From NCBI GenBank assembly GCA_045124015.1, contig JBGVLA010000192.1:13412-77411 (forward strand): a DNA stretch of 64,000 nucleotides, given 5' to 3'. The notes beneath the pieces are model-generated. The model made no database searches. It saw nothing but the letters and a program-made list of their open reading frames with translations, and was not told the DNA's origin. Positions 35,035 to 45,158 of the stretch are shown piece after piece. How positions within the stretch are numbered: position 1 is the stretch's first letter; every line of letters starts with the position of its first letter. This DNA comes from Eubacteriales bacterium. Lineage in GTDB: Bacteria; Bacillota; Clostridia; Oscillospirales; CAG-272. The position numbers and the translations under genes are program-made.

Positions 35035-36204
35035 ATGAAAACAAACGCTCCCGTCTCTGTTCGTGCCATCGATATTTACGATGAACAAAAAATCACGGAT
35101 ATCCTCCGCGATCAAATGAACACCCTCGGATATGACAAAGCCTTTTTCGAAAGCAAAAAAGTCGTGATCAAGCCCAATCTCGTCATGAAAAAAGCACCCG
35201 ATGCCGCCGCTACGACCCATCCCGCCGTGCTTTCGGCACTGCTTACCGTTCTGAAGGAAAAAGGCGTTTCCCCTCTGATCGCGGAAAGCCCCGGCGGACT
35301 TTATAACCGTCAGCGTCTTGAGGGCGTATATCGTATGTGCGGAATCGCCGAGGTTGCCGATCGGCATGGCGCGGAGCTGAATTATGATACCGAAGCCGTC
35401 TTCCTACCCTTTCCGAACGGAAAGACGGTCAAACAATTTCACGTGATCCGTCCGATCGCGGAAGCAGACGTCGTCATTGACCTTTGCAAGCTCAAAAGTC
35501 ATGGACTTACCAAAATGAGCGCCGCCATCAAAAACTTTTTCGGCGTCATCCCCGGTGTCGAAAAATTTGAAATGCACGCGACTTTCCCCGATTATAAGGA
35601 TTTCGGCAGCATGATCTGCGATCTTTGCCAGATGCTTTGCGAGCAAAAGGAGATCATCGCCATCACCGATGCCATCGTCGGCATGGAAGGCGACGGTCCG
35701 ACCTCGGGAACACCGCGAAAGATCGGAGCGCTTCTTATGAGCGCAAATCCCTTTGCATCCGATATCGTCGGGGAAACGCTTCTCGGCTTTGAAAATACCG
35801 TTCCGATCGTCAGAGAAGCTGCCGCGCGCGGACTTTGTCCCACGGATATTTCAGGCGTAACACTTCTTGGCGATGACATAGGACCGCTTTGCATCTCCGA
35901 TTTTAAGGAACCCGAAACCGCGGAAAACCGCGCGACCTCAACGCTTTCGTTCTTTTCCAGCGGAAAATGGGGCAGATTTTTCATGCCCCGTCCGAAAGCT
36001 GTCCCCGATAAATGTCGAGGTTGCGGAGAATGTGTCGCATCCTGTCCTCAGCATACCATTGAGCTTGTGCCGCATCACGGCAGAAAGATCGCAAAGGTGC
36101 ACCACGCAAGCTGTATCCGTTGCTATTGCTGTCAGGAGCTTTGCCCCTTTGCGGCAATCGAGATCAAGAAAAATTTACTCATTAAAATTGCAAGCCGAAT
36201 TTAA
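35035..36204 (+). CDS. DUF362 domain protein with C-terminal 2x[4Fe-4S] ferredoxin domain
   Basis: 389 aa. IKPNLVMKK and KSHGLTKMSAAIKNFFG blocks of DUF362, plus CRGCGECVASCP and CIRCYCCQELCP clusters. Confidence 0.8.
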   Translation: MKTNAPVSVRAIDIYDEQKITDILRDQMNTLGYDKAFFESKKVVIKPNLVMKKAPDAAATTHPAVLSALLTVLKEKGVSPLIAESPGGLYNRQRLEGVYRMCGIAEVADRHGAELNYDTEAVFLPFPNGKTVKQFHVIRPIAEADVVIDLCKLKSHGLTKMSAAIKNFFGVIPGVEKFEMHATFPDYKDFGSMICDLCQMLCEQKEIIAITDAIVGMEGDGPTSGTPRKIGALLMSANPFASDIVGETLLGFENTVPIVREAAARGLCPTDISGVTLLGDDIGPLCISDFKEPETAENRATSTLSFFSSGKWGRFFMPRPKAVPDKCRGCGECVASCPQHTIELVPHHGRKIAKVHHASCIRCYCCQELCPFAAIEIKKNLLIKIASRI

Positions 36205-36223
36205 GCATCAAAGGAGATTACAT

Positions 36224-37111
36224 ATGACAACCGTATCGATCCTCGCGCCCGCAAAAATCAATCTGTATCTCAACGTGGCAGGCAAACGCCCGAACGGATA
36301 TCACGATATCGAATCCGTGATGCAATCCATCAGCCTTTTTGACCGTTTGGATATCAGAAAAACCGACTGTGTTCATGGCAAAAGCATCAAGCTGGAATGT
36401 CATGGACTTCCGATTCCCGATGGAGAGGGCAATCTCGTTTACCGTGCGGCAGAACGCTTTTTTGAAGCGACGGGCATAGAATATTATGATGTTTTCTTTA
36501 CCATTCAAAAAAACATCCCCACAGAGGCAGGTCTTGGCGGCGGTTCTGCGGATGCGGCGGCGGCAATCCTTGCGCTTGACCGTCTGTATCACACAGGTCT
36601 TTCTATGGACGAAATGTGCAAGATCGGTGTCAAGGTCGGCGCGGATATCCCGTTTTGTATTCAAAAAGGCACGTCTACTGCCGAGGGCATCGGCGATATC
36701 ATGAATCCGATCGAATCGATGCCGAAATGCTCGCTCGTCGTTGCCATGCCCAAAGGAGGCAAGGTCAGCACAGCGGAAGCATACCGCAGAATCGATGCGC
36801 TTCCGAGCGGTGCCGACGTTTCGTTTGCCGATTTTCTTTCTGCTATGAAAAACGGCGATCTTTTCGAAATTACCGCTAAAATGTATAATAAATTCGAGCT
36901 GATCACCCCCGAGGAAACAGGCTCGACCGCCCTTGTCAAAACGATGCTTTCGCTTGGTGCCATCGGCGCACGCATGAGCGGAAGCGGCGCTTCCGTCTTC
37001 GGCGTTTTTCCTGATGCGGAGGCGGCGAAAAAAGCATTTGACACACTTCCCGAGGATATGCAGAAATTTATCTGCGAGCCGATTTCGGCGGAATATCCCT
37101 GTTTTCTTTGA
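36224..37111 (+). CDS. ispE: 4-diphosphocytidyl-2-C-methyl-D-erythritol kinase
   Basis: Start at ATG 36224 (MTTVSILAPAKINLYLNV; AAAGGAGA RBS). GHMP motif GLGGGSADAAA. Confidence 0.9.
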   Translation: MTTVSILAPAKINLYLNVAGKRPNGYHDIESVMQSISLFDRLDIRKTDCVHGKSIKLECHGLPIPDGEGNLVYRAAERFFEATGIEYYDVFFTIQKNIPTEAGLGGGSADAAAAILALDRLYHTGLSMDEMCKIGVKVGADIPFCIQKGTSTAEGIGDIMNPIESMPKCSLVVAMPKGGKVSTAEAYRRIDALPSGADVSFADFLSAMKNGDLFEITAKMYNKFELITPEETGSTALVKTMLSLGAIGARMSGSGASVFGVFPDAEAAKKAFDTLPEDMQKFICEPISAEYPCFL

Positions 37112-37200
37112 ACCCGACCGATAAGCGCATCCAAAATCGGGATTTTCATACCGTCTTTTGATAGAAGATAAATAAAAACAGAAAAAAATCGATTAAACCA

Positions 37201-37232
37201 AAAGGACAGAGATTGTAAAATCTCTGTCCTTT
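37201..37232. terminator. Stem-loop between convergent ispE and the esterase gene
   Basis: 14-bp stem AAAGGACAGAGATT/AATCTCTGTCCTTT with loop GTAA. Confidence 0.6.
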
Positions 37233-37359
37233 GTGTATCCCGAAAAACGAGCAAAAATCATCCGGTCAAGGGCGATGAAGCACGAGAAAGCAAGAATTCT
37301 TTCTCTCATCAAGAAAAGCGCTTATACCCTCGAATTTTTGTCGATATCTGACTTTCGTA

Positions 37360-38343
37360 TCAAAAATCGCAAATTGCTCTTACGAAATTCTCTGCATAGA
37401 ATGAAAACCCAAGATCATTGGGGTGAAGCGTCAGATCGGAATAAAATGCGGAAAGGTGCGGAACAAGTTTTTGCCCATCGATGTGGAAAAGTCCGCATTC
37501 CTCGGCAAGCGCACCAAGCGCCTTTGCTGAGGCGAAAAATTCACCGACAGGGCTTTCATCCTTATCCGTTTCTCCGCGCCAAATGGGGGAGATATACGCG
37601 ATCTGCGCCTCGGGAAAAACATCTCTTGCCCGGAGGAAGAATCGTTCGGCATTCTCCAAGAACTGCGCGCGGCTCTCGCATTTTGCCCAATCATTCGTGC
37701 CGTAAGCAATCACGACAAGCTCGGGCGCATACGGCAGCGCTGCGTCTAAAATATGCTCGTCGAAAATCTCACTGCCGATGGCTTGGTTGAGCACCTCGGC
37801 ATTCATGACCCTTGCCACGCGATTCACATATGACATCGAGGGATAGATCGCATCATAGCCTTGCGTGATGGAATCTCCCACAAAATAAAATTTGCGCACT
37901 TTTTTTACGGGTTCTAACATCGTCGCGCCATGAAGCTCCACGTTGTAAAGCGTTGTCATCATGAGATTCGGCAAATACAGCGTGATATGATGTTTACCTT
38001 CGGGAATCATAAATTCTGCGTGTCCGCGTGCACAAGCCGTCTTTTTTTCGGCATCATAATGATCGGTCATCACGCCATCCACATAAAAATCAAAATGATA
38101 AAAACGACGGCTCGATGCTTCTCGCATAAACCAATCAAAGGAAAGCTTATCGGCATCGGTGATAAAATCCAGCGTCATCGATGCCGTGGCAAAGGTCTTT
38201 TTCAGAAGCTCTCCGCCGTTTTTTTGAGCATAAAGCGCCGTTTGTTTTTCGGTAAAACGAGAAAAATGAATTTCTCCGTTTTCTTCCCATGTTCTGACCG
38301 CTCCCGTGATGATGGAGGAAAGGTCTTTTTCTTCTAAAATCAT
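37360..38343 (-). CDS. SGNH/GDSL hydrolase (carbohydrate esterase-like) with an N-terminal beta-sandwich domain
   Basis: 327 aa. Block I FVGDSITQG, block III YGTNDW and a C-terminal LHPNDLG. Confidence 0.75.
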   Translation of the reverse strand: MILEEKDLSSIITGAVRTWEENGEIHFSRFTEKQTALYAQKNGGELLKKTFATASMTLDFITDADKLSFDWFMREASSRRFYHFDFYVDGVMTDHYDAEKKTACARGHAEFMIPEGKHHITLYLPNLMMTTLYNVELHGATMLEPVKKVRKFYFVGDSITQGYDAIYPSMSYVNRVARVMNAEVLNQAIGSEIFDEHILDAALPYAPELVVIAYGTNDWAKCESRAQFLENAERFFLRARDVFPEAQIAYISPIWRGETDKDESPVGEFFASAKALGALAEECGLFHIDGQKLVPHLSAFYSDLTLHPNDLGFSFYAENFVRAICDF

Positions 38344-38387
38344 GTGATACCTCTGTTTTTATTTTTTAACTTAAATCATCTTATCTT

Positions 38388-38418
38388 AAAAACCGCAGAG
38401 AAAATCTCTGCGGTTTTT
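38388..38418 (-). terminator. Terminator downstream of the GH28 gene
   Basis: Stem CCGCAGAG/CTCTGCGG flanked by A5 and T5. Confidence 0.8.
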
Positions 38419-38431
38419 ATAAAACACGTGC

Positions 38432-41332
38432 TTAATCCTCGTAATCAAAATATGCGATCTCGGGACGTGCATCTTCTTTGTCAAGCGTAATATTGCAGTT
38501 CACGACCTTGAAATTCTTCGCATAGCGAACGGTAAATTTCGAGCCTGCGGAAGGTCCGTGTCTGTCATATTCGGGATAACGCTTATCGATGGTTCTGGGA
38601 CAACCGGGAGTTTCTGTCCAACCGCCGGGGAGGAAGAACGTACAATTTTCAAAAGTTACGTCTTCGATTCTCTGATTTTCATTCTGACCTACGACCATGG
38701 TTTCGCGGATAAACTTGGTATGGCTGAACGGATACGGCTTTTCAAAACGGAGATCCTTGAAGAGAACGTTCTTGATATAACCGAAGCGTTCGGGAATACC
38801 TTCCTTGCGGGGCAGACGGTTTCTGTCGCCAACGGTGATGTAAACAGGTGCACCAACGTCTGTCATATCGATGCGTTCAAAGACAACGTTTTCGACCTCA
38901 GCACCGTCAACGGTTTCGAGAGAGATACCGCAACGGTTGACGTTCTTGACGGTACAACCGCGGATATAAGCGTCTTTGAGACAATAATAAGTATCCGTAC
39001 CGAATTTGATACCCGATGCCAAAGATTGGATCATCATATCGTCAACGTCGATGTTATAGCAACCAACGGGATCGGAGCTCTTGAAGCAAAGACCGTCATC
39101 GCCCGCCATGATGTTACAATTATAGATGGTCATATCGTGGCAGTCAACGGGGTCGATACCGTCGCGGTTGGGAGTATTCATACAGTCAAGATTCAGACCG
39201 CGAAGAAGTACGTTTGCGCTGGAGAGCGGAACGACCGTCCAGAAGCAGCTGCTCTTGAAATTGATATGTTCTACGGTGATTCCCTTGGAATAGGTGATAT
39301 ATACGAGGTCGGGACGCGCATCTTCCACACGTCTGTCGCCAAGCGGGTCATTCATCTTGAATCTGTAACGACCGTTACCGTCAAGCATACCGCCGCCCGT
39401 TACGCGAACGTTGGAAACCTCATGACCATAAACAAGACCGCGGCCGAGCTGTCTGTGCGCGCAAAGGCTTGCATAAGGCTGCTGAAGCGGATATTCTGCG
39501 TGATCCTGTGTACCGAGAATGGTAGCCGTTCTGTCAACGAAAAGGGTCATATCGGAGCGCAGGAAAAGCTCACCCGAGAAGAATACGCCGTCATGAACGT
39601 AAACGGTACCGCCTGTGTAAGCAGCATCGTCGATCGCCTGCTGGATCGCCTTGGTGTCAAGTGTTACGCCGTCAGCCTTTGCGTTGTAAGGAGCCTTCGT
39701 AACGTCAAAAATGGGAGCGGCAGGAAGAACGCCGCGAGAGAAATCATAAGCATCATAAATGCGGATGCGGTTTACAAGAAGCGTGGTGCCTGCTTCCGCG
39801 GTATAAACAAGACGGCAAGCCTTCTTGATCGGCTTTGTGAGTGCGAAATCCTTTGCGCGGACAGCACCGTCGATCATAAGAGTATAGACGGATCTTTCGG
39901 TATCAATAGAAACCTTGACGTTATACCAGTTTGCGCTCGGATAATACTGCCAGTCAACAAGACCTTCGTAAAGCTCTACCCATTCGTCGCCGTTCGTTGC
40001 GTAAACGCAGTTCTTATAGAAGGCAACACGGCAAGCAACGTTACCGTTTTCATCGGTTACGGCAGGGGTCATAACGAATTTTTCATCATCGGCATGAACC
40101 TTGGTTTCTACGGTTACAATGCCCGAAATACCGGGGAATGCATATTCAAAAGATGCATCCTTATCGTCTGCGGAAGAGAGCGCAAGGCTCTTATCGCTCG
40201 CAAACGGAAGGTCAACAAGCTCAAGCTTGGCGTTTTCTGTGCCGACAACACCGCCCTTGCCCGCCATGAATTCTTCACGAACAGCGTAAATTTCGGTGTC
40301 ATCGAAAATATAAAGGTTATCGAGTGTTGCTTTGCCATCGCAGGAGAAGCCGACAGCAAGTGCATCGTCATCGGAAAGGATCTCTACGCCCTTTGCGGCA
40401 AGTCTGGTATTTGCCCAAACGTCATATTCGCCGCGGTCGGTATCGAGAACGATGCGAATTTCGATCTCTTCGCCGGGAGTGTAAGGGAGAACGTCTTCGC
40501 CATCCATCGTGCGGAGCATATCGCCGTCAAGAACGGCACCGCAGATAGCACCTCTTTCACCGAGGATCGCCGCCGCAAGAAGACCCTCTTTGCAGGAAAG
40601 CTTTGCGGTAACGACGATACGGGAGGATGTGTTTTCGATGGGATAGGAGAGATATGCGCCCTGCTCCATCGCAACGTAGCGATCTTTTGCGTCATCTGCG
40701 CGAGAGGCGAGTGTGCAACCGTGTCCGCCGAAGCGTTCAAGTGCGTTTTCTGCGTTGAAGACCTCAACGAGGTAGCTCTTATAATCGCGGCTTTCGTAAT
40801 CGGGAAGCATTTCTACGGTTACGGGAACATCAGCAATATCTTTCTTTGCAACATCGCCTTCAGGGATCGCAAGAACGATGAAATGATTGCCTGCTTCATC
40901 CTTGATGCCGTCGATATGTACGTGAGCGCCTGTTTGATAGGATTTTTCGAAAATAACATAGGTTCTGCCGTCTGTACCTTCGATCTTTTCGTCGGTTGCT
41001 TTGAAATCGGAGATCCATTCGGGGAATGCTACCGCGCCGTCAAGCGCTACGGCAACGGTCATATCTCTTTCCGCAAAGAAGTCGACCTCCTGCTTATCGC
41101 AGAAACCGTCTGCAGTAGAGTTGAACGTCATGATGTAATCTGCACCGATAAAGCGTTCGGGAAGACTTTTTACGGTTACGTCTTCATTGGAATGAAGCTT
41201 CGCGCCGACATTCATGTTTGCATATACGGAATACCAACCACTGGTATCCCAAGGGGAAACGAAACGACCGATCATCGGCGCTTCGGGATAGCAAGCGCCA
41301 CAGCTTGTGCGGTTATGAGGATTTGTGTTCAT
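38432..41332 (-). CDS. Large GH28-family (polygalacturonase/rhamnogalacturonase-like) protein with a roughly 520-aa N-terminal region of unknown beta-sandwich domains; no signal peptide
   Basis: The C-terminal half has parallel beta-helix GH28 motifs NRDGIDP, AGDDGLCFKS and GIKFGT. Start taken at ATG 41332 (the track start 41353 is a TTG). Confidence 0.8.
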   Translation of the reverse strand: MNTNPHNRTSCGACYPEAPMIGRFVSPWDTSGWYSVYANMNVGAKLHSNEDVTVKSLPERFIGADYIMTFNSTADGFCDKQEVDFFAERDMTVAVALDGAVAFPEWISDFKATDEKIEGTDGRTYVIFEKSYQTGAHVHIDGIKDEAGNHFIVLAIPEGDVAKKDIADVPVTVEMLPDYESRDYKSYLVEVFNAENALERFGGHGCTLASRADDAKDRYVAMEQGAYLSYPIENTSSRIVVTAKLSCKEGLLAAAILGERGAICGAVLDGDMLRTMDGEDVLPYTPGEEIEIRIVLDTDRGEYDVWANTRLAAKGVEILSDDDALAVGFSCDGKATLDNLYIFDDTEIYAVREEFMAGKGGVVGTENAKLELVDLPFASDKSLALSSADDKDASFEYAFPGISGIVTVETKVHADDEKFVMTPAVTDENGNVACRVAFYKNCVYATNGDEWVELYEGLVDWQYYPSANWYNVKVSIDTERSVYTLMIDGAVRAKDFALTKPIKKACRLVYTAEAGTTLLVNRIRIYDAYDFSRGVLPAAPIFDVTKAPYNAKADGVTLDTKAIQQAIDDAAYTGGTVYVHDGVFFSGELFLRSDMTLFVDRTATILGTQDHAEYPLQQPYASLCAHRQLGRGLVYGHEVSNVRVTGGGMLDGNGRYRFKMNDPLGDRRVEDARPDLVYITYSKGITVEHINFKSSCFWTVVPLSSANVLLRGLNLDCMNTPNRDGIDPVDCHDMTIYNCNIMAGDDGLCFKSSDPVGCYNIDVDDMMIQSLASGIKFGTDTYYCLKDAYIRGCTVKNVNRCGISLETVDGAEVENVVFERIDMTDVGAPVYITVGDRNRLPRKEGIPERFGYIKNVLFKDLRFEKPYPFSHTKFIRETMVVGQNENQRIEDVTFENCTFFLPGGWTETPGCPRTIDKRYPEYDRHGPSAGSKFTVRYAKNFKVVNCNITLDKEDARPEIAYFDYED

Positions 41333-41440
41333 AAGAAAAACCGTTCCTTTCAAAACATTTATATATCTTATATTTTATCATATTCCATACGGCGGGATAA
41401 GGACAACCCGCTTTACTACCTGACAACATCTAAAAGTTTA

Positions 41441-41606
41441 CTTTTGCCGCCAGATCCGAGCGATAAATCGCTCGCCCTACGGGTTTCGACTGCGCCCTAC
41501 CATGTCATTCTGAGCGAAGTGCGGAACACAAAGTCGAAATTTTGCGCAAGCAAAATCGCGAAGCGGAATCTCGGCAGGGCTTCGCTCAAGATGACAGCGG
41601 GAAGGA
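41441..41606 (+). repeat. Structured intergenic repeat, copy B
   Basis: Same family and orientation as 18604-18760. A 40-nt block has 1 mismatch and a 65-nt block has 2 mismatches. The central part differs by indels. Confidence 0.85.
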
Positions 41607-41671
41607 CTTTTATAAAAGTTTCGTGATTACAACGTGCTATATTGTAAGAATGTGAGGCTTTTGCCCACGCC

Positions 41672-43351
41672 TTAAATCTCCATAATGATGGGAAGGATCA
41701 TCGGCTTACGCTTGGTCTGCGAATAGATGAATTTGGAAAGGTCGTCCTTGACCTTATATTTGAGCTGTGTCCATTCGGAAACACCGCGGATGAGACAGTT
41801 ATAAATGGCATCGCGCGCGATGAGGCGGATCTGCTCAATGAGTTCTTCGGATTCCTTCGCATAAACGAAGCCGCGGGAAACGATCTCGGGACCCGAAATG
41901 ATATCGAGCGCCTGCTCGTCGATGGTCGCAACCACGATGATGATACCATCCTCGGAAAGATGGCGTCTGTCGCGCAGAACGACATTGCCAACGTCGCCGA
42001 CACCCGTACCATCGACAAGAACGATGCCTGCAGGAACGGTACCGTTGAATTTCGCGCTGTCCGTACCAAGCTCGAGGATCTTGCCGATCTCGGAAACGAA
42101 AATATCGGAGGACGCCATACCCATGTATTCTGCCAGCTCCTTATGATGATAAAGATGATGAACCTCACCATGAACGGGCATAAAGAATCTGGGCTTTACG
42201 AGCGCATGAATGAGCTTGAGCTCTTCTTGGCAGGCGTGGCCGGAAACGTGAACGACTGCCACACTGTCATTGAGGACCTTAACGCCTTTTTTATAGAGTT
42301 CGTTTACGATATTGCTGATAAGCTTTTCGTTGCCGGGGATGGCAGAAGCACTGATGATGACCACGTCATCGGTATTCAGATCCACTTTATCGTGCATATT
42401 GAATGCCATGCGGTAAAGCGCCGACATCTGCTCGCCCTGGCTGCCTGTGGAGATGATGACCATCTTCTCGGGCGGATATTTTCGGATCTCGGAAATATCC
42501 ACAAGCACGCCCTCGGGAACGTTCATATAGCCAAGCTCGACCGCCGCGGAAACGATATTGATCATGCTTCTGCCCGTAACGGCAACCTTTCTGCCGTGCT
42601 TGACCGCCATATCCATGATCTGCTGAACGCGGTGAACGTTCGAGGAGAAGGTGGCAACGACGATGCGTTTTCTCTCATATTCCGAGAAGAATTTTTCAAA
42701 GGATTCACCGACCTTTCGTTCGGACGGTGTATATCCGGGTCGTTCGGCATTCGTGGATTCCGCCATGAGAAGAAGAACGCCTTCTCTGCCGAGCTCACCA
42801 AAACGGGTAAGGTCGATCATTTCGCCATCGATAGAGGTGGAATCGATCTTAAAGTCGCCCGTATGCACGACCATGCCGACAGGCGTCTTGATCGCAAGTG
42901 CGCAAGCATCTGCGATAGAGTGGTTGACGTGAATGAATTCAACCTCAAAAAGCCCAAGTTTGATTTTATCGCCCGCCTGTACGCAGTGCATTTCAGGTTC
43001 AAAATCAAAAACGTGTTCTTGGAATTTATTTTCAAGGATGCCGAGCGTCAAACGTGTGCCATAGATCGGCACGTTGAGCTTTTGCAGCAGATACGGAATA
43101 CCGCCGATATGGTCTTCATGACCGTGTGTAAGGACAACGCCCTTGATCTTATCCGCATTGCTAACAAGATAACTGACATCGGGAACGACGAGGTCAATGC
43201 CGAGCATATCATCGTTCGGAAATCCAAGACCGCAATCCACAATGAGTATATTATCGCTATATTCCAAAACGGTAATATTCTTTCCGACTTCGCCAAGACC
43301 TCCGAGAGGGATGACGCGAAGTTTTTTGAGTTTTCCTTTGGTTCTCGCCAT
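41672..43351 (-). CDS. rnj: Ribonuclease J
   Basis: Start at ATG 43351 (MARTKGKLKKLRVIPLGGLGEVGKN). Metallo-beta-lactamase HGHEDHIGG motif and beta-CASP body. Confidence 0.92.
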   Translation of the reverse strand: MARTKGKLKKLRVIPLGGLGEVGKNITVLEYSDNILIVDCGLGFPNDDMLGIDLVVPDVSYLVSNADKIKGVVLTHGHEDHIGGIPYLLQKLNVPIYGTRLTLGILENKFQEHVFDFEPEMHCVQAGDKIKLGLFEVEFIHVNHSIADACALAIKTPVGMVVHTGDFKIDSTSIDGEMIDLTRFGELGREGVLLLMAESTNAERPGYTPSERKVGESFEKFFSEYERKRIVVATFSSNVHRVQQIMDMAVKHGRKVAVTGRSMINIVSAAVELGYMNVPEGVLVDISEIRKYPPEKMVIISTGSQGEQMSALYRMAFNMHDKVDLNTDDVVIISASAIPGNEKLISNIVNELYKKGVKVLNDSVAVVHVSGHACQEELKLIHALVKPRFFMPVHGEVHHLYHHKELAEYMGMASSDIFVSEIGKILELGTDSAKFNGTVPAGIVLVDGTGVGDVGNVVLRDRRHLSEDGIIIVVATIDEQALDIISGPEIVSRGFVYAKESEELIEQIRLIARDAIYNCLIRGVSEWTQLKYKVKDDLSKFIYSQTKRKPMILPIIMEI

Positions 43352-43936
43352 AAATAAATTAACCCTTTCTTTCAAAATTTTTTTATAATATAAAAACAAA
43401 GAATCTCGAAGGACATAAAAAGGGTACGGGAAAAAACACGGCGCAAATGCTCCGCTTATACCGTATATGGAATATGGAATTCTAACCGTATCCGCTTTTT
43501 CCCTTGATATGCCGAATCGAGCAATAATCTGAGTTCAATATGTATCGCGCAGACATGAAACACGCCCAACCGTCTCACATCCGCACGAAAGATATGAAGT
43601 TTTCACATGAGCATCCGAAAAACCGCGAGCTCCTTTGCGTTCTTCGAATGCTATCTATATTGTGTTCAAATTATTTACGTTCAAAACGACGAAAGCGAAT
43701 CTTTCATCTCTAACTTATAGTATACACCCTTTTTTGTTTTTTAGCAATAGGTTTCGCATTTTTTCTTGACCGCATTTTCTGATATCCCGGGAAATCACGA
43801 CAGAGCGATCTTGCCGCTTGATCAAGCGAGAAAACGCACTTGGTCTCGCCCCGGAAACGGAGGATATGGAATATTTCTCCTGATCTTGGCAAAAATAAAA
43901 AAGTAACGAATAATTTTGAAAGGAATCTTTTGAAAA

Positions 43937-44200
43937 ATGCTGTTAAAAGGATGCAAAAAGAATCTGATCGTCGTCAAAAGCCTCGGCAGTGATTATATTG
44001 AAGAAGCCTATCTCATTTTGAAAGCTGAATTGCCGCAGGGCACGGTCAAAGGCGACATCGTCCGAGAAGCCAATCGTTTGGTCCACGAATACGATACGGG
44101 ACAAAAGAAAAAACGCCGCAGCTTTTCTTTCCCGAGCTTTTGGATCGGCGTGCTTCTCACGAGCGCTGTGGCGTGTATACTTTTTTTATTTCTTCTATGA
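43937..44200 (+). CDS. Hypothetical small protein with a C-terminal TM anchor
   Basis: 87 aa. AGGA RBS. Soluble N-terminal domain, basic KKKRR linker and a hydrophobic tail. Confidence 0.5.
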   Translation: MLLKGCKKNLIVVKSLGSDYIEEAYLILKAELPQGTVKGDIVREANRLVHEYDTGQKKKRRSFSFPSFWIGVLLTSAVACILFLFLL

Positions 44201-44309
44201 AATCAAAAAGCGGCAAGTTGCCGCTCCCGATTGCTCGCCTATCTCAGTTTATCTTGATTCAAATCAATGCAAAACGGCGAGGCTGATTTTGCGTAATTCC
44301 TCAGGGATC

Positions 44310-44346
44310 AAAAAATCCGCAAAGTTACCACTTTGCGGATTTTTTA
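44310..44346. terminator. Bidirectional terminator
   Basis: Stem ATCCGCAAAGT/ACTTTGCGGAT flanked by A6 and T6, directly downstream of the minus-strand glpQ-like gene. Confidence 0.85.
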
Positions 44347-44349
44347 GGT

Positions 44350-45111
44350 TTAAGCTTCTGCTTGATTCAGTTCATCAATGATGCGGAGTGCCACGTCGGG
44401 ATAGTCTGTGATGATATAATCCACGCCCCAGCGAGCAAGGCTTCGCATGATCCCCGGCTTATTTGCAGTCCACGGATTGACCGCAATACCGGCAGCGTGC
44501 GCTTCCTTGACGAAATCGATATCCTGTTCCCAGAAGCGATAAAGCTGATTATAGGAAGGATGCAGCGCGGTGAAGCCTGCCGTTTTGGCATAATTCCACG
44601 GCTGGAAAAGCAACGCATCGCAATAAAGCGCGCCTGTCTTCGCGTTCGGATGGATCGCCTGCATACGGGCAAGCTTAGTATGATCGAAAGAGGAATACAG
44701 CACCTGATCTTCCATACCAAAATCCTTGACCGCCTGATAGATGGCGTGCATATAGTTGACAGAACCCTCTTTGAGTTCAATATTGATGGTCATATCTGTC
44801 GGGCGGAAAAGGTCAAGCACCTCCTGAAGAGAAGGGATCTTGACAAAGCTGTATTTTTCACCCCATGTACCGTTGAAATTATACGAACGGAGCGTATCGA
44901 AGCTTGTTTCCTGGATCTTGGCTTCCACACCGTTTGTCATACGCTTGATGTCGTTGTCGTGATGGATCACGAGCTTCGCATCCGCAGTTTCATAAATATC
45001 AAGCTCAATGCCATGCGCACCCATTTGGATGGCAAGATCAAAGGCTTCCAAGGAATTTTCGGGGGCATGGGCGGAAGCACCGCGATGCGCCCAAACTTTT
45101 GTATTGACCAT
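44350..45111 (-). CDS. Glycerophosphodiester phosphodiesterase
   Basis: VWAHRGASAHAPENSLEAF...GIELDI...HHD are the GDPD family motifs. Start at ATG 45111. Confidence 0.85.
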   Translation of the reverse strand: MVNTKVWAHRGASAHAPENSLEAFDLAIQMGAHGIELDIYETADAKLVIHHDNDIKRMTNGVEAKIQETSFDTLRSYNFNGTWGEKYSFVKIPSLQEVLDLFRPTDMTINIELKEGSVNYMHAIYQAVKDFGMEDQVLYSSFDHTKLARMQAIHPNAKTGALYCDALLFQPWNYAKTAGFTALHPSYNQLYRFWEQDIDFVKEAHAAGIAVNPWTANKPGIMRSLARWGVDYIITDYPDVALRIIDELNQAEA

Positions 45112-45158
45112 AAAAATCACCCTTTCATTTTATATCATAAGGATACGAATGTTATCCT

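Noticed and set aside
36032-36223. The track's upstream extension of ispE (start 36032), which overlaps the DUF362 gene by about 170 nt.
   Set aside because: The extension is the out-of-frame read of the DUF362 ferredoxin domain. ATG 36224 has an AAAGGAGA RBS and yields the canonical IspE N-terminus.
43710-43892. A 60-aa minus-strand ORF in the long rnj upstream region.
   Set aside because: It has no RBS, is basic and low-complexity, and has no recognisable fold signature. I treat the region as non-coding.
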